Assembly: GCA_036918135.1 (NCBI GenBank)
Contig: JBALDB010000028.1
Location: 160,001-224,000 of the forward strand
Reading direction: 5' to 3'
DNA from: Nostoc sp.
Lineage (GTDB): Bacteria > Cyanobacteriota > Cyanobacteriia > Cyanobacteriales > Nostocaceae
DNA: 64,000 bases
Shown: positions 20,474-31,138 of the stretch, piece after piece
How the letters are laid out: each line of letters starts with the position of its first letter
Position numbering within the stretch: position 1 is the first letter of the stretch
Program-made: the position numbers and the translations under genes
Notes under the pieces: generated by a model
The model's database searches: none
What the model was told of the DNA's origin: nothing
Seen by the model: only the letters and a program-made list of their open reading frames with translations

Positions 20474-21100
20474 TCACCCGATCGCTACGTCTTCTTGAAT
20501 GTTAAGATTTGCTTCTTTTATCAAAACTTTTAGTAAAGCTGCTATGCCAATTTGGTCAGAAATTGCATTAGCATCCCATTTGGCATCAGCTACATACTTG
20601 CCTTTGTTGTAGTGGTTAGTCCCTGACCACAAGTAAGGTGTGAGAACTTCTGGATGATGCTTTCTATAACCAACACCGTTGTATCTCTCTAGCTGCCAAA
20701 GCTGTGCTGGCAAACTCCAATCTTTGACCTGATTAAACTCTTTGATTGTCAAAGCATCAATCGCGCTTTCTTCCCAGGTATATCCCACCTGCCAGCCGTT
20801 ACTGGGGTCGGCTAGTGGTCTGCCAGTTGGTTCGTGGACAGTGCGTTTTTTTAACGAGTCACCGTTGTGCAGATGTGTGCCAAAGTTCAGAGAAGATTCC
20901 ATATTATGGATGACTGCAACAAAGTACCAAGGCACATTAATTTTTTGCTCTAATAGTTCGTAACGAGGTCGATTTGCACTGATTTTCGCAACTATGTTTT
21001 GAGTACTTTTAAGTTTATCTGGCTTAATTTCGCAGCTATCCCAAAGCCTCTGATATTCTGGTTTTAAATCTTGAAGGCTAAGTAGTATTTTATTTGCCAT
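20474..21100 (-). CDS. Lysozyme-like family protein (putative peptidoglycan hydrolase)
   Basis: VPWYFVAVIHNMESS, HLHNGD, TWEESAIDAL, LERYNGVGY, PYLWSGT, GKYVAD. Confidence 0.75.
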   Translation of the reverse strand: MANKILLSLQDLKPEYQRLWDSCEIKPDKLKSTQNIVAKISANRPRYELLEQKINVPWYFVAVIHNMESSLNFGTHLHNGDSLKKRTVHEPTGRPLADPSNGWQVGYTWEESAIDALTIKEFNQVKDWSLPAQLWQLERYNGVGYRKHHPEVLTPYLWSGTNHYNKGKYVADAKWDANAISDQIGIAALLKVLIKEANLNIQEDVAIG

Positions 21101-21451
21101 TTTTGTTAAATACCCAAGAAAAACTTTGATTTTATAGTTATGACAAAACTACTTTAGTTCTACAAGATTTTTAAACTTTTTATACAAAAATTTATTTACT
21201 CATACAAAACTTTTTGATATTTTATGCTTTATAAACTACTCTGAAGCTGATTTCTGTGTTTTTGTGGATCTAAAATTAATTACGTATAAATACTGAATTA
21301 AAAATTCATTATATAAATTTTTGTGTAATAAATCATAAAGTAATAGTAAAAATTTTGACATTATCTTAATAGTAAGAGTATTGTTTCAAACAACATCCAT
21401 CCTGATAATGATGTTTATACTTAGAAGTAAGTTAATGAAGGCAAGTCGATA

Positions 21452-22345
21452 ATGAAACTACAAGATTTTTTGGGAAAAAGTGAGAAATGGGGATTCGAGG
21501 CGATCGCCAAAGACCCAGAATTGAGTCATCAAATTCAAATACTGTTAATTGGCTTGGGTTTGCTCGACCCTCCAGCCGATGACAAATTTGGGCCTGTTTC
21601 TGCCGCGGCCCTTAAAGAATTTCAACAATTAATGAAAACTGGAGAAACTGACTTTTTAGGAGCAGTCACAGCCAAAGAACTAATTGAAACTAAACCAGAC
21701 GATCTCCCTAAACCCCCCTTAAAACTTGGTAATGACATTGCCAGTAAAATTGTCAAATACATGCAGGCGAAAAACTATGAGATATTCACTAATCCTAAAG
21801 AATACAATATTGTTTATTTAGAAGGAGTAAATGAAGACTGGACTCTGAACAAAGATACACCTAATCAATTCAACGATCGCCGGATTGTGATTGAAGTAGT
21901 AGACGGTATTCCTAAAATCGTAAATCACTGGCAAGCTACTACAGAACCAGGTAAGTGGTATACTTATAACCCGATGAATCCTGGAGGCGCTGCCAGAATT
22001 AAATTTGGACAATACAAAGCTTGGGCGGTTGGTATACACGGCAATTCAGAACCTCACGAAGCATTAGTCCAAGTTGCGCCTATTACTGTTCACCGAGATT
22101 TTAATAAAGATTTTCAACGGACTGGTGACAAACTTGACACAGGTATTTTTGCAGTAAATCAACACTACGGTTATGATGCTCCTGTAAATGATATCAAGAA
22201 TGCCAGTGCAGGTTGTTTAGTAGGACGTAGGCGGGAAGGACATCGAGAGTTTATGGCGATTGTTAAACAAGACCGTCGCTATCTAGCTAATAGAAATTAT
22301 GTCTTTTATAGTACTGTCATTCCTGGAGATGATTTATTGAAATAG
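21452..22345 (+). CDS. Peptidoglycan-binding protein with putative YkuD-like catalytic domain
   Basis: N-terminal PG-binding motif (IQILLIGLGLL..ADDKFGPVSAAALKEFQ); C-terminal NQHYG...ASAGCLV. Confidence 0.7.
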   Translation: MKLQDFLGKSEKWGFEAIAKDPELSHQIQILLIGLGLLDPPADDKFGPVSAAALKEFQQLMKTGETDFLGAVTAKELIETKPDDLPKPPLKLGNDIASKIVKYMQAKNYEIFTNPKEYNIVYLEGVNEDWTLNKDTPNQFNDRRIVIEVVDGIPKIVNHWQATTEPGKWYTYNPMNPGGAARIKFGQYKAWAVGIHGNSEPHEALVQVAPITVHRDFNKDFQRTGDKLDTGIFAVNQHYGYDAPVNDIKNASAGCLVGRRREGHREFMAIVKQDRRYLANRNYVFYSTVIPGDDLLK

Positions 22346-22489
22346 TTTTGCGAATGAGGCAACATAAAGTACGGGCACAACATAGACCACAGGGTAGGGA
22401 CACAGCATTAACGTGCCCATACAAGATATGTGGTTTAAATAAATAATGTTTTGCCCGGACTTTATCTGGAATATCCCAGGCAATGTTAT

Positions 22490-23074
22490 CTAACTTTGCT
22501 CTTGGGGAATTTGCCCTATCTGCGCCATCAACTTCTCTTTATCCTGCCTGCGTTTTTTGGCGTAAAGTTGAATAGTAACTGCCATTAAAATAATCATGCC
22601 AAAAATGCCCCAAGCAGTGATATCTGTTGGGAGATTATTTTTAAATACAGCCAGTAAGACAATCGCTACCAACATGACTGTCGGTGCTTCATTTAAAGCA
22701 CGTAATTGCTGACTATTCCAGGAACATTCATCTACTGCTAACTTCTTCATCAAACGAGCGCAGTAATGATGATAGCCAATTAAAATGGCCACAAACAGCA
22801 GTTTGATATGCAACCAACCCTCTTTTAACACTTCTGGTTCAGTACTGACTAAGCCGATGGCCATGGCGATCGTCACAAACATTCCTGGGTTAGTGATGAT
22901 ATGGTAGAGGCGCTTTTCCATAATTTGATACTGATTTTTTAGTATCGTTCGCGCTGGTTCAGGTTCTTCGTTAGCTTCGACGTGATAAATAAAAAGACGT
23001 ACTAGGTAGAACAAACCGGCAAACCAAACTACAAATCCGACAATATGAAATGCTTTAAACCATGAATAAGCCAT
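22490..23074 (-). CDS. hemJ: Protoporphyrinogen oxidase HemJ
   Basis: WFKAFHIVGFVVWFAGLFYLVRLFIYH, MEKRLY, RALNEAPT. Confidence 0.95.
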   Translation of the reverse strand: MAYSWFKAFHIVGFVVWFAGLFYLVRLFIYHVEANEEPEPARTILKNQYQIMEKRLYHIITNPGMFVTIAMAIGLVSTEPEVLKEGWLHIKLLFVAILIGYHHYCARLMKKLAVDECSWNSQQLRALNEAPTVMLVAIVLLAVFKNNLPTDITAWGIFGMIILMAVTIQLYAKKRRQDKEKLMAQIGQIPQEQS

Positions 23075-23205
23075 GAATTATAATCTCCATCAGTGTGGTT
23101 TTGATGCATTTTTAATGGTAATAAAAATGAGTCAGAATTCTAACTTCTGACTTCTAAATTCTGACATTCATTTTTATAATATCGATTTTTGCCAGAGGTA
23201 TATTA

Positions 23206-24057
23206 TCAATGAGTATCTTTGCGACGCACAAAGGGTAAAAGGTCTTCTAAAACAGTCTCATGGTAGTGTTCTTGAGGATAATGTCCGACGTTATTAAGTT
23301 TTATTAATTCGGCATTGGATACCGAATTTGTAAATTTTTCTGCAACATCTACGGGTAACCAAGGGTCAATCATGCCCCATTGAATCAGAATTGGCTGTTG
23401 CCATTGTTTAAAGCCAGATTCAATTTCTGTCATTGCTGAATCAAGTTGTAAATTGCGAATACTTGCTAACAAACCTCGACCAGATGCGGAAGCTGTTAAA
23501 AATGGTTTTCGATAAATATCTAAATCCTTATCTTCTATGCGATAACGGCTACCACCTTCTAGCGTCCGGTCAACTAATAGTGGGTCTTGGGTCATGACTT
23601 CACCAGCCAAAGGTAAACCCATTTGTTTAATTTTCCAAGGTAATTTGGCAGCAGTTGAAATTGGTGTATTTAAGATAGCTATATTGGCAATTTGTTCTGG
23701 GTGACGCAAAGCATATTGTAGTCCGACAGAACCTAAAAAGCCTTGTACAACTAAAGAAAAATATTCAAGTTCTAGTGCTTTGATAAATCCTGATAAAGCT
23801 GTGATAAAAGCATCAGGAGTGTAAGCAAAATCTCGTTTTTCTGGTTTTGCAGAAAAGCCGTGACCAATCCAATCTGGGGCGATCGCTCTCGTACCTTGAT
23901 TCGCTAAAGCTGGTATAATATTACGCCAGCTATAACTTTGTGAAACTAAGCCGTGTAGCAATAATACAGGCGTTAAGTCAGTTCTGCCGATTGGTGAAGA
24001 TTCCCGATAAAACCATTCTAGTGAATCTACGTTTATTTTATGTTCTGTTATTGACAC
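23206..24057 (-). CDS. Alpha/beta fold hydrolase
   Basis: VLLLHG, APDWIGHGFS, WGMIDPW, GHYPQE. Confidence 0.88.
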   Translation of the reverse strand: MSITEHKINVDSLEWFYRESSPIGRTDLTPVLLLHGLVSQSYSWRNIIPALANQGTRAIAPDWIGHGFSAKPEKRDFAYTPDAFITALSGFIKALELEYFSLVVQGFLGSVGLQYALRHPEQIANIAILNTPISTAAKLPWKIKQMGLPLAGEVMTQDPLLVDRTLEGGSRYRIEDKDLDIYRKPFLTASASGRGLLASIRNLQLDSAMTEIESGFKQWQQPILIQWGMIDPWLPVDVAEKFTNSVSNAELIKLNNVGHYPQEHYHETVLEDLLPFVRRKDTH

Positions 24058-24209
24058 GCTATTTTCCTATGGATTTAGAATTTAAAAGCCTCACGCATAG
24101 ACACGAAGTGGCTTCCCAAAGGGTAGGCGCAGAGGCGCAAAGATGAAAAGGTTTTTTATAAAAGGGATTGGGGATTGGGAATTAGGGATTGGGATAGAAA
24201 AACTTTTTT

Positions 24210-25331
24210 CTAGTCCCCAGTCCCCACTCCCTGAGGAATAATCATCTCACGAATTGCATAAGCTGTGGCGGGTGCTAGTAAAATGCCGTTGCGATAGTGT
24301 CCGGTAGCCAAGAGAACGTTGCTAAATCCTGGCAACTTATCAATGATTGGGGCTGGGCGTCCTTGAGGACGAGGGCGTAACCCCGACCAAGTGCGGAGAA
24401 TAGTTGCTGTGGCTAATCCTGGACAAAATGCGATCGCTTGTTCTCTAACAGATTCCAACAGTTGTTGATTTGGCGGTATTTCATCGCCGTTGGTGGGAAA
24501 TTCCACTGTTGCACCCAACCAATAATCTCCACCGCCTACAGGAACAATATGGACATCATTACCAGTGATTATCGGCTGGAAGTCCCGATTGCCTAATGGA
24601 CGCCCTACACGTACTTGTAATGCTTGCCCTAACACAGGGCGGATATCAATCGCCTGGTTTAATTTTGCCGTCAGTGGCGTTGAACCTAGCCCTGCGGCGA
24701 CTACAAACCAATCAGCAGCTATTTTTCCTTCTGTAGTCTCAAGGCGATGGCAAAATTTAGGCGAAGATTCAGGTGTTGAGGTTTGGCTATCCAAAACAGC
24801 TACACCAAATTTGAAAGTTACACCATTCTGCTGGGCAGCTTTAACTAAAGCTAATGTCAGGGCAGTTGGATCGAGTTGACGGTCTTGGGGAGAATAGACA
24901 GCGCCAATAACTTTTTGGCAATCTACCTGAGGACAGATATTCTGAAGTTGAGCAGTATTCCAAATTTCTAACTGCCAGCCTTGAGAGTGGCGAGTTTCTA
25001 CTAACTTTTCCCATGCTGAGATTTCCTTGGCGGCATCGGACAGTAGCATGAGAATTCCTTGGCGGTTAAAAGGAATTTTGCTACCTGTTATAGCTTCTAA
25101 TTCTGGAATCAAAGTTTCGTAACGTTGGATGCTAGTTTGCCGCATTTGCCAAGCCTTGCCCTTGATTTTTTGGCTGATTACGCCCATCAAAACACCAAGT
25201 GCAGCACCCGTGGAAGCTTGTGCTGGTGGTTGTCGGTCAAAAACTGTGATTTTCAGCCCTTTTACTTGACTGAGTTCATAAGCGATCGCAGCCCCAACCA
25301 CACCACAACCGATAATGACTACATGACTCAT
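24210..25331 (-). CDS. FAD-dependent oxidoreductase (glycine oxidase/DAO family)
   Basis: IIGCGVVG, WSGLRPRP, ATGHYRNGILLAP. Confidence 0.9.
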   Translation of the reverse strand: MSHVVIIGCGVVGAAIAYELSQVKGLKITVFDRQPPAQASTGAALGVLMGVISQKIKGKAWQMRQTSIQRYETLIPELEAITGSKIPFNRQGILMLLSDAAKEISAWEKLVETRHSQGWQLEIWNTAQLQNICPQVDCQKVIGAVYSPQDRQLDPTALTLALVKAAQQNGVTFKFGVAVLDSQTSTPESSPKFCHRLETTEGKIAADWFVVAAGLGSTPLTAKLNQAIDIRPVLGQALQVRVGRPLGNRDFQPIITGNDVHIVPVGGGDYWLGATVEFPTNGDEIPPNQQLLESVREQAIAFCPGLATATILRTWSGLRPRPQGRPAPIIDKLPGFSNVLLATGHYRNGILLAPATAYAIREMIIPQGVGTGD

Positions 25332-25450
25332 TGCTTGTTTGAGATGGAATCGGGGAGTGGGAAGTGGGGAGGTGGGGTGGTGAGCGTAGTTTCGCCCATT
25401 TCCTCATCTCCCTCATCCCTCTGTGCCCCTTTGCTCATCTTAACTTGCTT

Positions 25451-25906
25451 CTATTGAGTGCTTGTCTCAGGAAGCAACTGGAGGAATTTATCAATGTCTT
25501 TGAAAGCAGCCTGCGAGTTACTCGAAGCAAGTTCACCGTTGGCAGAAGACGCGCCTTGATTAACTTTAACCAGGTGGTTAAATAAATCTCGCGTTATTTG
25601 ACGTGCTGCGGTTTGGTCTTTGGGTAGAAGGTGGGGAGTGACATAAGTCAGGTTCAACCTTGCTTCTGCTACCGGGCCATGTATAAAGTTACTCACATTG
25701 ATCCAATCTTTTCTTTGGATCAAGGTCTGCAACTCTTGTGAGCGAGCGCGCACAGCTTGAATTTCCGGAACGTATTCCTGAATTTTCGCAATTTGCGTTT
25801 CTGTGTACGTTGGAGGTGCCACTGCGACACCAGGCCCGCCACAACTAATGAGAAATGTGGCCAATAATACCAAAACAAATGAGAAAATTGAGCGTTGACG
25901 CACCAT
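25451..25906 (-). CDS. psbQ: Photosystem II extrinsic lipoprotein PsbQ (CyanoQ)
   Basis: Lipobox LISC, PPTYT, WINVSNFIHGP, LLPKDQ. Confidence 0.9.
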   Translation of the reverse strand: MVRQRSIFSFVLVLLATFLISCGGPGVAVAPPTYTETQIAKIQEYVPEIQAVRARSQELQTLIQRKDWINVSNFIHGPVAEARLNLTYVTPHLLPKDQTAARQITRDLFNHLVKVNQGASSANGELASSNSQAAFKDIDKFLQLLPETSTQ

Positions 25907-26273
25907 ACGCTAAACTTATTGACTTTTTGTTTACCGATTAACAGTGTCATTTTAGATCGCTGGCGCACATTATCATTTGACTCTAGGATTTTTTTTTGAG
26001 GATAGGGAATGGAGAATAGTCAATAACAAGGGTGTAGGGTGTGGGATGTAGGGAATAAATCAGTACGGGCTTGTACCCCACTGATTTGGTGGGGGCTTGT
26101 ACCCTATTGGTTCTGGGGCAGGGTGTTAAATAATACAATTTTATCTTTCTTCCCCCACACCCTACACCCTGCACCCTAGTTTTGGTGAAAATTTACAGAG
26201 GTGAAGGAAATTTTTAGCGTAAATGCTCTAGCAATCGCCGGATTGGTCTTGGCTTAGCGTTCCATCACTCTGC

Positions 26274-26377
26274 TAGGCACTGACAAATAAAAAAATATCC
26301 CACTATTGACAGTTAACGGTCATCAGTCATCAGTCAGCAACTTCAAACAGGATAATTTATTTGTTAGAGTTCCTTTA
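26274..26377. mobile_element. MITE-like dispersed repeat
   Basis: AAATAAAAAAATATCCCACT..CATCAGTCATCAGTC..GGATAATTTATTT..GAGTTCC. Confidence 0.65.
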
Positions 26378-26624
26378 AATCTCGTCAAACATCTCAAAAG
26401 TAATACTTAACTTGAGTAGTAGTTTAGTAGCAGCATGAGTACACAAGCTGGAAAATATCGGATAAATTAACCGCTTCTACCTCAAATTTATTGTTATATT
26501 AAATACACGCAGTTGTCGGAATCCAGTTAACAGTGTCATAAAGAAAAGGTGAAGAGTTAACCTTTAAGGTATAACTTACCCAAGAGTTGCTTGCACCCGT
26601 AGCTTCAATGGATCTATCACACTC

Positions 26625-28271
26625 ATGACTGAACTCACCCTACGCCTACAAGAGGGAGATACCGAGACAGCGATCGCAGTTGACCAAGATGTATTTACAA
26701 TTGGTCGTTTGCCGGAATGTAACTTGTACTTACCTTTTGCTGGAGTATCCCGCAACCATGCCCGGATTTTAAAAACGACCGAGGGGATGTGGACAATTGA
26801 AGATTTGGGCAGCAAAAACGGCACGCAAGTCAATAAATATTTGGTAAACTCTCCCCAAGAGTTGCATCACGGCGATGTCGTTTGGTTGGGTAATGTTAAC
26901 CTGGTAGTGCTGCTGACAAATCCTGCTTCACAATCGACATCGACACCAGAGTATGCGTCAACTTCCGATACTAATGAGCAAAGAACAATCCTTCACAATG
27001 TTGAACAATTACAACAGCAATGGATTGCAGCTGATAGTAAAGATGGCAACATCACCAATAAAGATAAAACTATTGCCCGTCTCAAAGACTTAGTTGATAT
27101 AGCAAAAAATCTCTGTGCAGCGGCGTCTATAGAAGAGATTTTTTCCCAGGTGCAACAAGTTGTATTTCGTTACCTTGATAGTATCGATCGCCTGGCATTA
27201 TTAATTGATGTCAATGGTCGTGGACACTTAGAGTTAGTGAATGCTGCTACTAGAAATGTTACCCAACAGCAACATCTTTCTGCTGATGGTAGTTGGATTA
27301 GTCGTAGTATCTGTCAAAAAGTATTTGCAGAAAAAGTCGTTATTCAAACTGGTGATACTCATCAGGATGAACGGTTTGCTAGCGAACAGAGTATTTTAGT
27401 CAAAGGCATTCGCAGTGCAATGGCAGTACCTTTATGGGATGAAAATAAAGTTGTTGGCGTTCTTTATGCCGATGCCAATCTTTCTTCTTACCATTGGGCA
27501 AATGAGGGCGAGGAAGAACTGAGCTTTTTTTCAGCTTTAGCAAACCTAGTGGCTTCTAGCGTCCAGCGTTGGCTACTAGCAGAGAAACTTAAAACTGAAG
27601 AAATGATTCGTCACCGACTAGAACGCTATCATTCCCCAGCAGTTGTACAGCAGTTGATATCTGTAGGCGCATTACCAGATGGTCGTTTAGCGCCAGCAGA
27701 AAGTGAAATCAGTATTTTGTTTGCGGATTTAGTCGGGTTTACAGCAATTTCTGAACGATTAACACCAACTGCGATCGCCCAACTATTAAATAATTTATTT
27801 GAAGAAATGCTCAAAGAAGTGTTTACTTGCGGCGGCACTTTAGATAAATATATTGGCGATTGTATCATGACATTTTTTGGCGCTCCAGAACCGCAAATAG
27901 ATCATGCCGATCGCGCTGTGACTGCTGCTAAGGGAATGCTGGCTCGTCTAAAACATCTCAATGCTAATAATTTTTGGCAAGAACCGCTGCAATTACGCAT
28001 TGCAATTAATAGCGGTAAGGCCGTCGTTGGAGATGTTGGTAGTTCGCAAAGGGTAGATTACACAGCATTAGGCGCAACAATTAATCTGGCAGCTCGCATG
28101 GAAGGAGTTTGTCCTCCGAGTGAATGCGTGATTAGTGAAGCCACTTATGCAATGCTTTCACAACCATCGGACTTCCAAGAAATGGGAGATTATCGCTTCA
28201 AAGGTATTGATAGATTAGTCAAAGTTTATCAAACCAAATTGCAGCCAGTACCAACAATTATTAGTCATTAA
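26625..28271 (+). CDS. cyaD: FHA-GAF-class III adenylate/guanylate cyclase (CyaD-like)
   Basis: FHA (IGR, VSRNHA, GSKNGT), GAF (SAMAVPL, VGVLYAD), cyclase (LFADLVGFT, DKYIGDCIM, DYTALGATINLAARME). Confidence 0.88.
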   Translation: MTELTLRLQEGDTETAIAVDQDVFTIGRLPECNLYLPFAGVSRNHARILKTTEGMWTIEDLGSKNGTQVNKYLVNSPQELHHGDVVWLGNVNLVVLLTNPASQSTSTPEYASTSDTNEQRTILHNVEQLQQQWIAADSKDGNITNKDKTIARLKDLVDIAKNLCAAASIEEIFSQVQQVVFRYLDSIDRLALLIDVNGRGHLELVNAATRNVTQQQHLSADGSWISRSICQKVFAEKVVIQTGDTHQDERFASEQSILVKGIRSAMAVPLWDENKVVGVLYADANLSSYHWANEGEEELSFFSALANLVASSVQRWLLAEKLKTEEMIRHRLERYHSPAVVQQLISVGALPDGRLAPAESEISILFADLVGFTAISERLTPTAIAQLLNNLFEEMLKEVFTCGGTLDKYIGDCIMTFFGAPEPQIDHADRAVTAAKGMLARLKHLNANNFWQEPLQLRIAINSGKAVVGDVGSSQRVDYTALGATINLAARMEGVCPPSECVISEATYAMLSQPSDFQEMGDYRFKGIDRLVKVYQTKLQPVPTIISH

Positions 28272-28426
28272 GCATTAAGTATAATTAAAAACTCTCAGCG
28301 TCTCCAAACATGATTGAGTATATTTGCTTATACATTAACTATATTTGCAAAAATCTAGAAGAGCGTTCCTGTGGGTTCCTATCAATGATAATTTTAAGCA
28401 TTGGGAACCCCTAAAAATCAAAGTTT

Positions 28427-29113
28427 ATGAACGCAGCCGACGATAAAACGATTGTTCGCGAGTATTTCAATTCCACAGGGTTTGACCGTTGGAGGCGGAT
28501 TTACGGCGATGGCGAAGTCAACAAAGTTCAGCTGGATATCCGTAATGGACACCAGCAAACGGTGGATACAGTTCTCGACTGGCTAAAAGCTGATAACAAT
28601 TTACCAGAACTATCAATCTGCGATGCTGGCTGTGGTGTGGGTAGTCTCAGCATCCCGCTAGCAGTCGATGGTGCCAAGGTCTATGCAAGCGATATTTCTG
28701 AAAAAATGGTGGCAGAAGGCAAAGATAGAGCCAAGCAAACCTTGGGAAATGCTGAAAATCCTACGTTTGCTGTCCAGGATTTGGAATCATTGAGTGGTAG
28801 TTACCATACTGTTATTTGCTTGGATGTTCTCATCCACTACCCCCAAGAAAAAGCCGATGAAATGATTTCTCACCTCTGTTCTCTAGCACAGTCGCGGATA
28901 ATTCTCAGTTTTGCGCCAAAGACCTACGCTTTGACTATACTCAAGAAAATTGGCAGTTTCTTTCCCGGAGCAAGTAAAGCTACTCGTGCATATTTGCATC
29001 GTGAGGCTGATGTTGTGAAAATTTTGGAAAATAACGGGTTTTCAGTGCAACGTCAAGCCATGACTAAAACTCGCTTTTATTTTTCCCGCCTACTGGAAGC
29101 TACACGTAAGTGA
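28427..29113 (+). CDS. chlM: Mg-protoporphyrin IX methyltransferase
   Basis: YFNSTGFDRWRRIY, CDAGCGVG, CLDVLIHYP, FYFSRLLE. Confidence 0.95.
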   Translation: MNAADDKTIVREYFNSTGFDRWRRIYGDGEVNKVQLDIRNGHQQTVDTVLDWLKADNNLPELSICDAGCGVGSLSIPLAVDGAKVYASDISEKMVAEGKDRAKQTLGNAENPTFAVQDLESLSGSYHTVICLDVLIHYPQEKADEMISHLCSLAQSRIILSFAPKTYALTILKKIGSFFPGASKATRAYLHREADVVKILENNGFSVQRQAMTKTRFYFSRLLEATRK

Positions 29114-29314
29114 GGTTAAAATCGCAGCAGTAAAAATACTATATCTTTGCTGCGATTTAACAATCTCAAAGCTAAAAGGTAGGAAGTAGGGAGCATCCCA
29201 ATAATAATTTTTGTTGTGTGAAATACAACATAATTAGCCATAAAATCAATATACTGGAACCTTTGCAAAAGTCAAGTTAGAATCTCTAGCAAAGTTCAAA
29301 TCTGAAGTGGAACT

Positions 29315-29794
29315 ATGAAAACTGCTGAAAAATTGGCTGCGGGTTGGCTACTGACACTCGGATTCATGTTTTTAACGCTATCAGCATCAGCAGCAATTGA
29401 CAAATTTGCTACGCGTAAGCCGTACACACCAGTAAAAGATGCATATGATTTTTCTGCACCAAATGCGACTTATCAAGATGATAATACTGCTGTTGGTGGT
29501 CTAATTTTTGGTGTCCCTAGTCTGACACTGGGTACATGGTTAGCATTGGGATTGTATCGTCAAAGTCGGCAAGAGAAAAAGGCACTTCATCAACAACGTA
29601 GCGATCGCTTGCAATCTCTTTTTTATGAGATCCTACAACAAAATCATGGACGCGTGACTGTTTTAGGCTTTGCCATGCAATCACAACTCCCTCCAGCCGA
29701 CGCCAGACAGTATTTAGATGAAAAAGCTAAAGAATTCAATGCAAACTTCAAAGTGAATGAAGAAGGGGCTGTATCATACCATTTTGATGTCTAA
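29315..29794 (+). CDS. Hypothetical membrane protein
   Basis: Two hydrophobic segments; C-terminal GRVTVLGFAM..ARQYLDEKAKEF. Confidence 0.8.
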   Translation: MKTAEKLAAGWLLTLGFMFLTLSASAAIDKFATRKPYTPVKDAYDFSAPNATYQDDNTAVGGLIFGVPSLTLGTWLALGLYRQSRQEKKALHQQRSDRLQSLFYEILQQNHGRVTVLGFAMQSQLPPADARQYLDEKAKEFNANFKVNEEGAVSYHFDV

Positions 29795-29874
29795 TTGTCA
29801 TTTGTCATTTGTCTTTTGTTATTTGTTATTCACTAATGACCAATGACTATCTTACTAACTTACGGCTAAGTCTA

Positions 29875-30255
29875 ATGACGCAAATTTTCTTAAGCATAGC
29901 TGCTGTTTTAGGTGGTTTGTCAGTTGCTGCTGGTGCTTTTGCTTCCCATGCTTTGCGGGAAAAAATTAGTGAGCGATCGCTAGAAATTTTTGAAACTGGC
30001 GCTCGTTATCAAATGTATCATGCTCTGGCACTTTTTTTAGTAGCACTACTAATTAGTCGCAGCGAATTTACTCAACCCACTCTCGTAGCCAGTGGATGGT
30101 TATTTATCATTGGTATTGCTATTTTCTCAGGAAGTTTATACGCGCTGAGCTTAACTGGTATAAAATCCTTAGGAGCAATTACACCACTAGGCGGGGTAGC
30201 CTTTCTTGCCGGTTGGGGTGCTTTAGCTTTTGCTGCTTGGAATTTAAAGTTGTAA
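29875..30255 (+). CDS. DUF423 family membrane protein
   Basis: GAFASHAL, FETGARYQMYH, FSGSLY, GAITPLGG; ATG at 29875. Confidence 0.9.
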   Translation: MTQIFLSIAAVLGGLSVAAGAFASHALREKISERSLEIFETGARYQMYHALALFLVALLISRSEFTQPTLVASGWLFIIGIAIFSGSLYALSLTGIKSLGAITPLGGVAFLAGWGALAFAAWNLKL

Positions 30256-30304
30256 AAAAAGTCAGGAGTTAGGAGTTGCAAGTGAATGAATTAACAACTC
30301 CTAA

Positions 30305-31060
30305 CTAATAACTTTTAATTCTCAATCTTAGGAGCAAATTATGTAAAGCTACCTTTGCTGTAGGTGCTTCGGGTAGCGTACTTGTTTCATACGCCTCTTG
30401 CAGGCGATCGCGCAATCGTTCATACTCTTGTTGATGAAAAGCTAGATCAACATTTGATAAAATAGACTTTTCTGCATCTGCCAACTTTTGGGCAATTAAA
30501 TCAGGAATGTATGGTAAATTAAAAACTTCATTGAGCTTAACTAAATTGGCTTCAATCACTCCTGTTTGCATCAGGTAAATCCCAGTCAAGATTACTCGAT
30601 AAATATAAAGTAGTGGCTTGACTCGATATGGTTGTTCTTTCGCAAAAAGTTTCCATTGAGTTGCAGCAAATCCAAAGTAATGATGGCTGTGGTGACGAGT
30701 AATACAGTCTTTGGCAATAATTTTTAATTCTTCATGTTCTGGTGTAGTTTTTAATATTAATGGTGAATACAGTTGCTCCAACACATAACCATTCTTTTTC
30801 AGGAGCAGCAAAAAGAATTTTTTGATATCGTGAGTTACTAAATCAATTTCTAAAGATTCACGAATCTCTGATATTTCAATAGTTTCAGCCCCAGTATTTA
30901 ATCCCACCACTTCTGGTACTGGTAAAATATGCACGCCACGCAAGTCATAATCAGAATCGGGTGACGGAAAACCATATAAGTGAGAACCGCTAATCGTCGC
31001 AAATAAAAGCGGGTAAGGCTGTTGCTCAACTATTGTTCTGATAGATGGTGAAATATCCAT
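30305..31060 (-). CDS. DNA-pol-beta-superfamily nucleotidyltransferase (YcgL/RlaP-like)
   Basis: SGSHLYGFPSPDSDYDLRGVH, NGYVLEQLYSP, KPLLYIYRV. Confidence 0.85.
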   Translation of the reverse strand: MDISPSIRTIVEQQPYPLLFATISGSHLYGFPSPDSDYDLRGVHILPVPEVVGLNTGAETIEISEIRESLEIDLVTHDIKKFFLLLLKKNGYVLEQLYSPLILKTTPEHEELKIIAKDCITRHHSHHYFGFAATQWKLFAKEQPYRVKPLLYIYRVILTGIYLMQTGVIEANLVKLNEVFNLPYIPDLIAQKLADAEKSILSNVDLAFHQQEYERLRDRLQEAYETSTLPEAPTAKVALHNLLLRLRIKSY

Positions 31061-31138
31061 ATAAAATCTTAGACAAACATTCACAGAGTTCTTGTAAGAC
31101 TAACGTAATAAAATTAGTTAGGACTTTTCAAACGTTCT

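Noticed and set aside
25983..26174. 63-aa ORF
   Set aside because: Derived from GGGTGTAGGG/CCCTACACCC inverted repeats and an internal palindrome
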